From NCBI GenBank assembly GCA_045543555.1, contig JAZQMQ010000016.1:146852-210851 (forward strand): a stretch of DNA of 64,000 nt, read 5' to 3'. Both the position numbers and the translations under genes were made by a program. Shown here piece by piece: positions 63,264-64,000 of the stretch; the stretch's first letter is position 1, and every line of letters starts with the position of its first letter. Source of the DNA: Eubacteriales bacterium. Lineage in GTDB: Bacteria > Bacillota > Clostridia > Oscillospirales > CAG-272. The notes beneath the pieces are model-generated. The model was not told the DNA's origin. It worked only from the letters and a program-made list of their open reading frames with translations, and searched no databases.

Positions 63264-63719
63264 TCAATAAAGATCTGTTTCTTCCTGCTTGCGAACTTCC
63301 TGAAGCTGTTCGCCGGAAATATCAACGTTCTCGGGAACGATGATGAATGTGTTTGCGGCAACTCTCTGAATGTAGCCGCTGATAGAGTATGCAACGCCGG
63401 AAAGGAAGTCGATAAGGCGTCTTGCGTTCTCCTTGTTGGTCTCCTCAAGATTGAGCACTACGGTGCGCTTGCTGAGAAGATGGTCTGCGATCTTCTGTGC
63501 GGTTGCGCTGTCGTATTTATCGGGCTTAATTACCTTCATCTCGAGTGCGCCGGAATTGAGTCCCATGCCACGACCAGCAGCTCTGTTCTGCGGCTGTGCA
63601 TTCTGAGCGCTTATATCGTCCTGATATTCGGGCTCTACATCGAAACCGTTGTCGAAATCGTCGAAGCCCTCGTAGTCGTCCTCTGCATTATTTACTCTGA
63701 ACTTGTCAAAGAATCCCAT
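63264..63719 (-). CDS. sepF: Cell division protein SepF
   Basis: The C-terminal domain ...VVLNLEETNKENARRLIDFLSGVAYSISGYIQRVAANTFIIVPENVDISG is typical of SepF. Confidence 0.9.
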   Translation of the reverse strand: MGFFDKFRVNNAEDDYEGFDDFDNGFDVEPEYQDDISAQNAQPQNRAAGRGMGLNSGALEMKVIKPDKYDSATAQKIADHLLSKRTVVLNLEETNKENARRLIDFLSGVAYSISGYIQRVAANTFIIVPENVDISGEQLQEVRKQEETDLY

Positions 63720-63894
63720 GTTTTGTACCTCCGTATTATGTTACACTTTAAATTTTATTCTTGATTTTTTTGTCGAAATGCTCCTTTCGACTATACACAA
63801 AACTATTATATCACACTTTTTTTAATAAAGCAACGGTTTTTCAAAATTCCTTGCCGAATATTTTGCTGTTTTTTTGTGCAAAACGGCGGAAAAT

Positions 63895-64000
63895 TTACCT
63901 TGTAGGGTACGTTCGGGCGCCAAATATCGCGCTTCCGGGTCGCACAAGCGTTGAACCGTATTCGCATGCGAGAGCGTAGTTGTCTGACATGCCCATGCTT
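63895..64000 (-). CDS. yggS: YggS-family PLP-binding protein, C-terminal 34 codons; the rest is outside the window
   Basis: Minus-strand translation ...[34 protein letters not shown] with stop at 63895-63897. In the conserved position upstream of sepF. Confidence 0.75.
   Translation of the reverse strand, partial: SMGMSDNYALACEYGSTLVRPGSAIFGARTYPTR

Noticed and set aside
1-64000. rRNA, tRNA, tmRNA, RNase P, SRP RNA, transposase, integrase, restriction-modification, toxin-antitoxin or recognised defence-system genes.
   Set aside because: By eye I found no conserved signature sequences and no ORFs with the corresponding motifs. The only MGE-like genes are the XRE-ImmA and sigma-like pair reported above.

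Overview
This is a 64-kb chromosomal segment from a moderate-GC Firmicute. Gene content and order suggest Clostridia, possibly Oscillospiraceae/Ruminococcaceae-like, but that placement is inference only. The supporting clusters are spmA-spmB, an abrB-family gene, dgt-dnaG-rpoD, and yggS-sepF-yggT-divIVA-ileS-lspA-rluD. I support about 60 protein-coding genes, most of them housekeeping: murD, nifS-type desulfurase, hflX, rpmE, dnaG, rpoD, metG, ileS, lspA, rluD, pncB, mgsA, trxA, rbsK, pduL, trkHA and an ABC exporter pair. I found no rRNA, tRNA, CRISPR array, transposase or integrase. Many promoters are near-consensus sigma-70 type (TTGACA, 17-bp spacer, TATAAT, often with an extended TGn), and most operons end in clear hairpin plus T-tract terminators. 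Nine items deserve a second look. (1) A two-gene COG0523 (CobW-like) GTPase module: one member carries four near-identical 60-bp tandem repeats encoding a His/Cys/Asp-rich tract, the other pairs a CxCC-less G3E domain with a DUF1980-like CC-motif C-terminus, and weak Zur-box-like TTACGAT motifs sit in the upstream region. (2) A GC-rich, hairpin-dense ~250-bp non-coding island at 16.5-16.8 kb. (3) A Nudix-DUF1015 fused reading frame interrupted by an in-frame TGA. (4) A thioredoxin-linked ferredoxin:thioredoxin-reductase-like gene whose TGA falls exactly on the first Cys of the CHC motif; this is a selenocysteine candidate, but I saw no convincing SECIS. (5) An orphan divergent pair, XRE-ImmA/IrrE fusion plus sigma-region-4-like gene, that looks like the regulatory stump of a mobile element. 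(6) A decayed sugar-utilisation locus at 33.4-36.5 kb. (7) A consensus promoter driving a leader with duplicated SD-ATG mini-ORFs. (8) Two zinc-ribbon-anchored repeat proteins. (9) About ten disrupted reading frames in total, involving frameshifts and in-frame TGA, TAG and TAA; I read this as gene decay or assembly error, not recoding. I cannot point to one clearly novel multi-gene system. The candidates above are ranked by interest in the findings.
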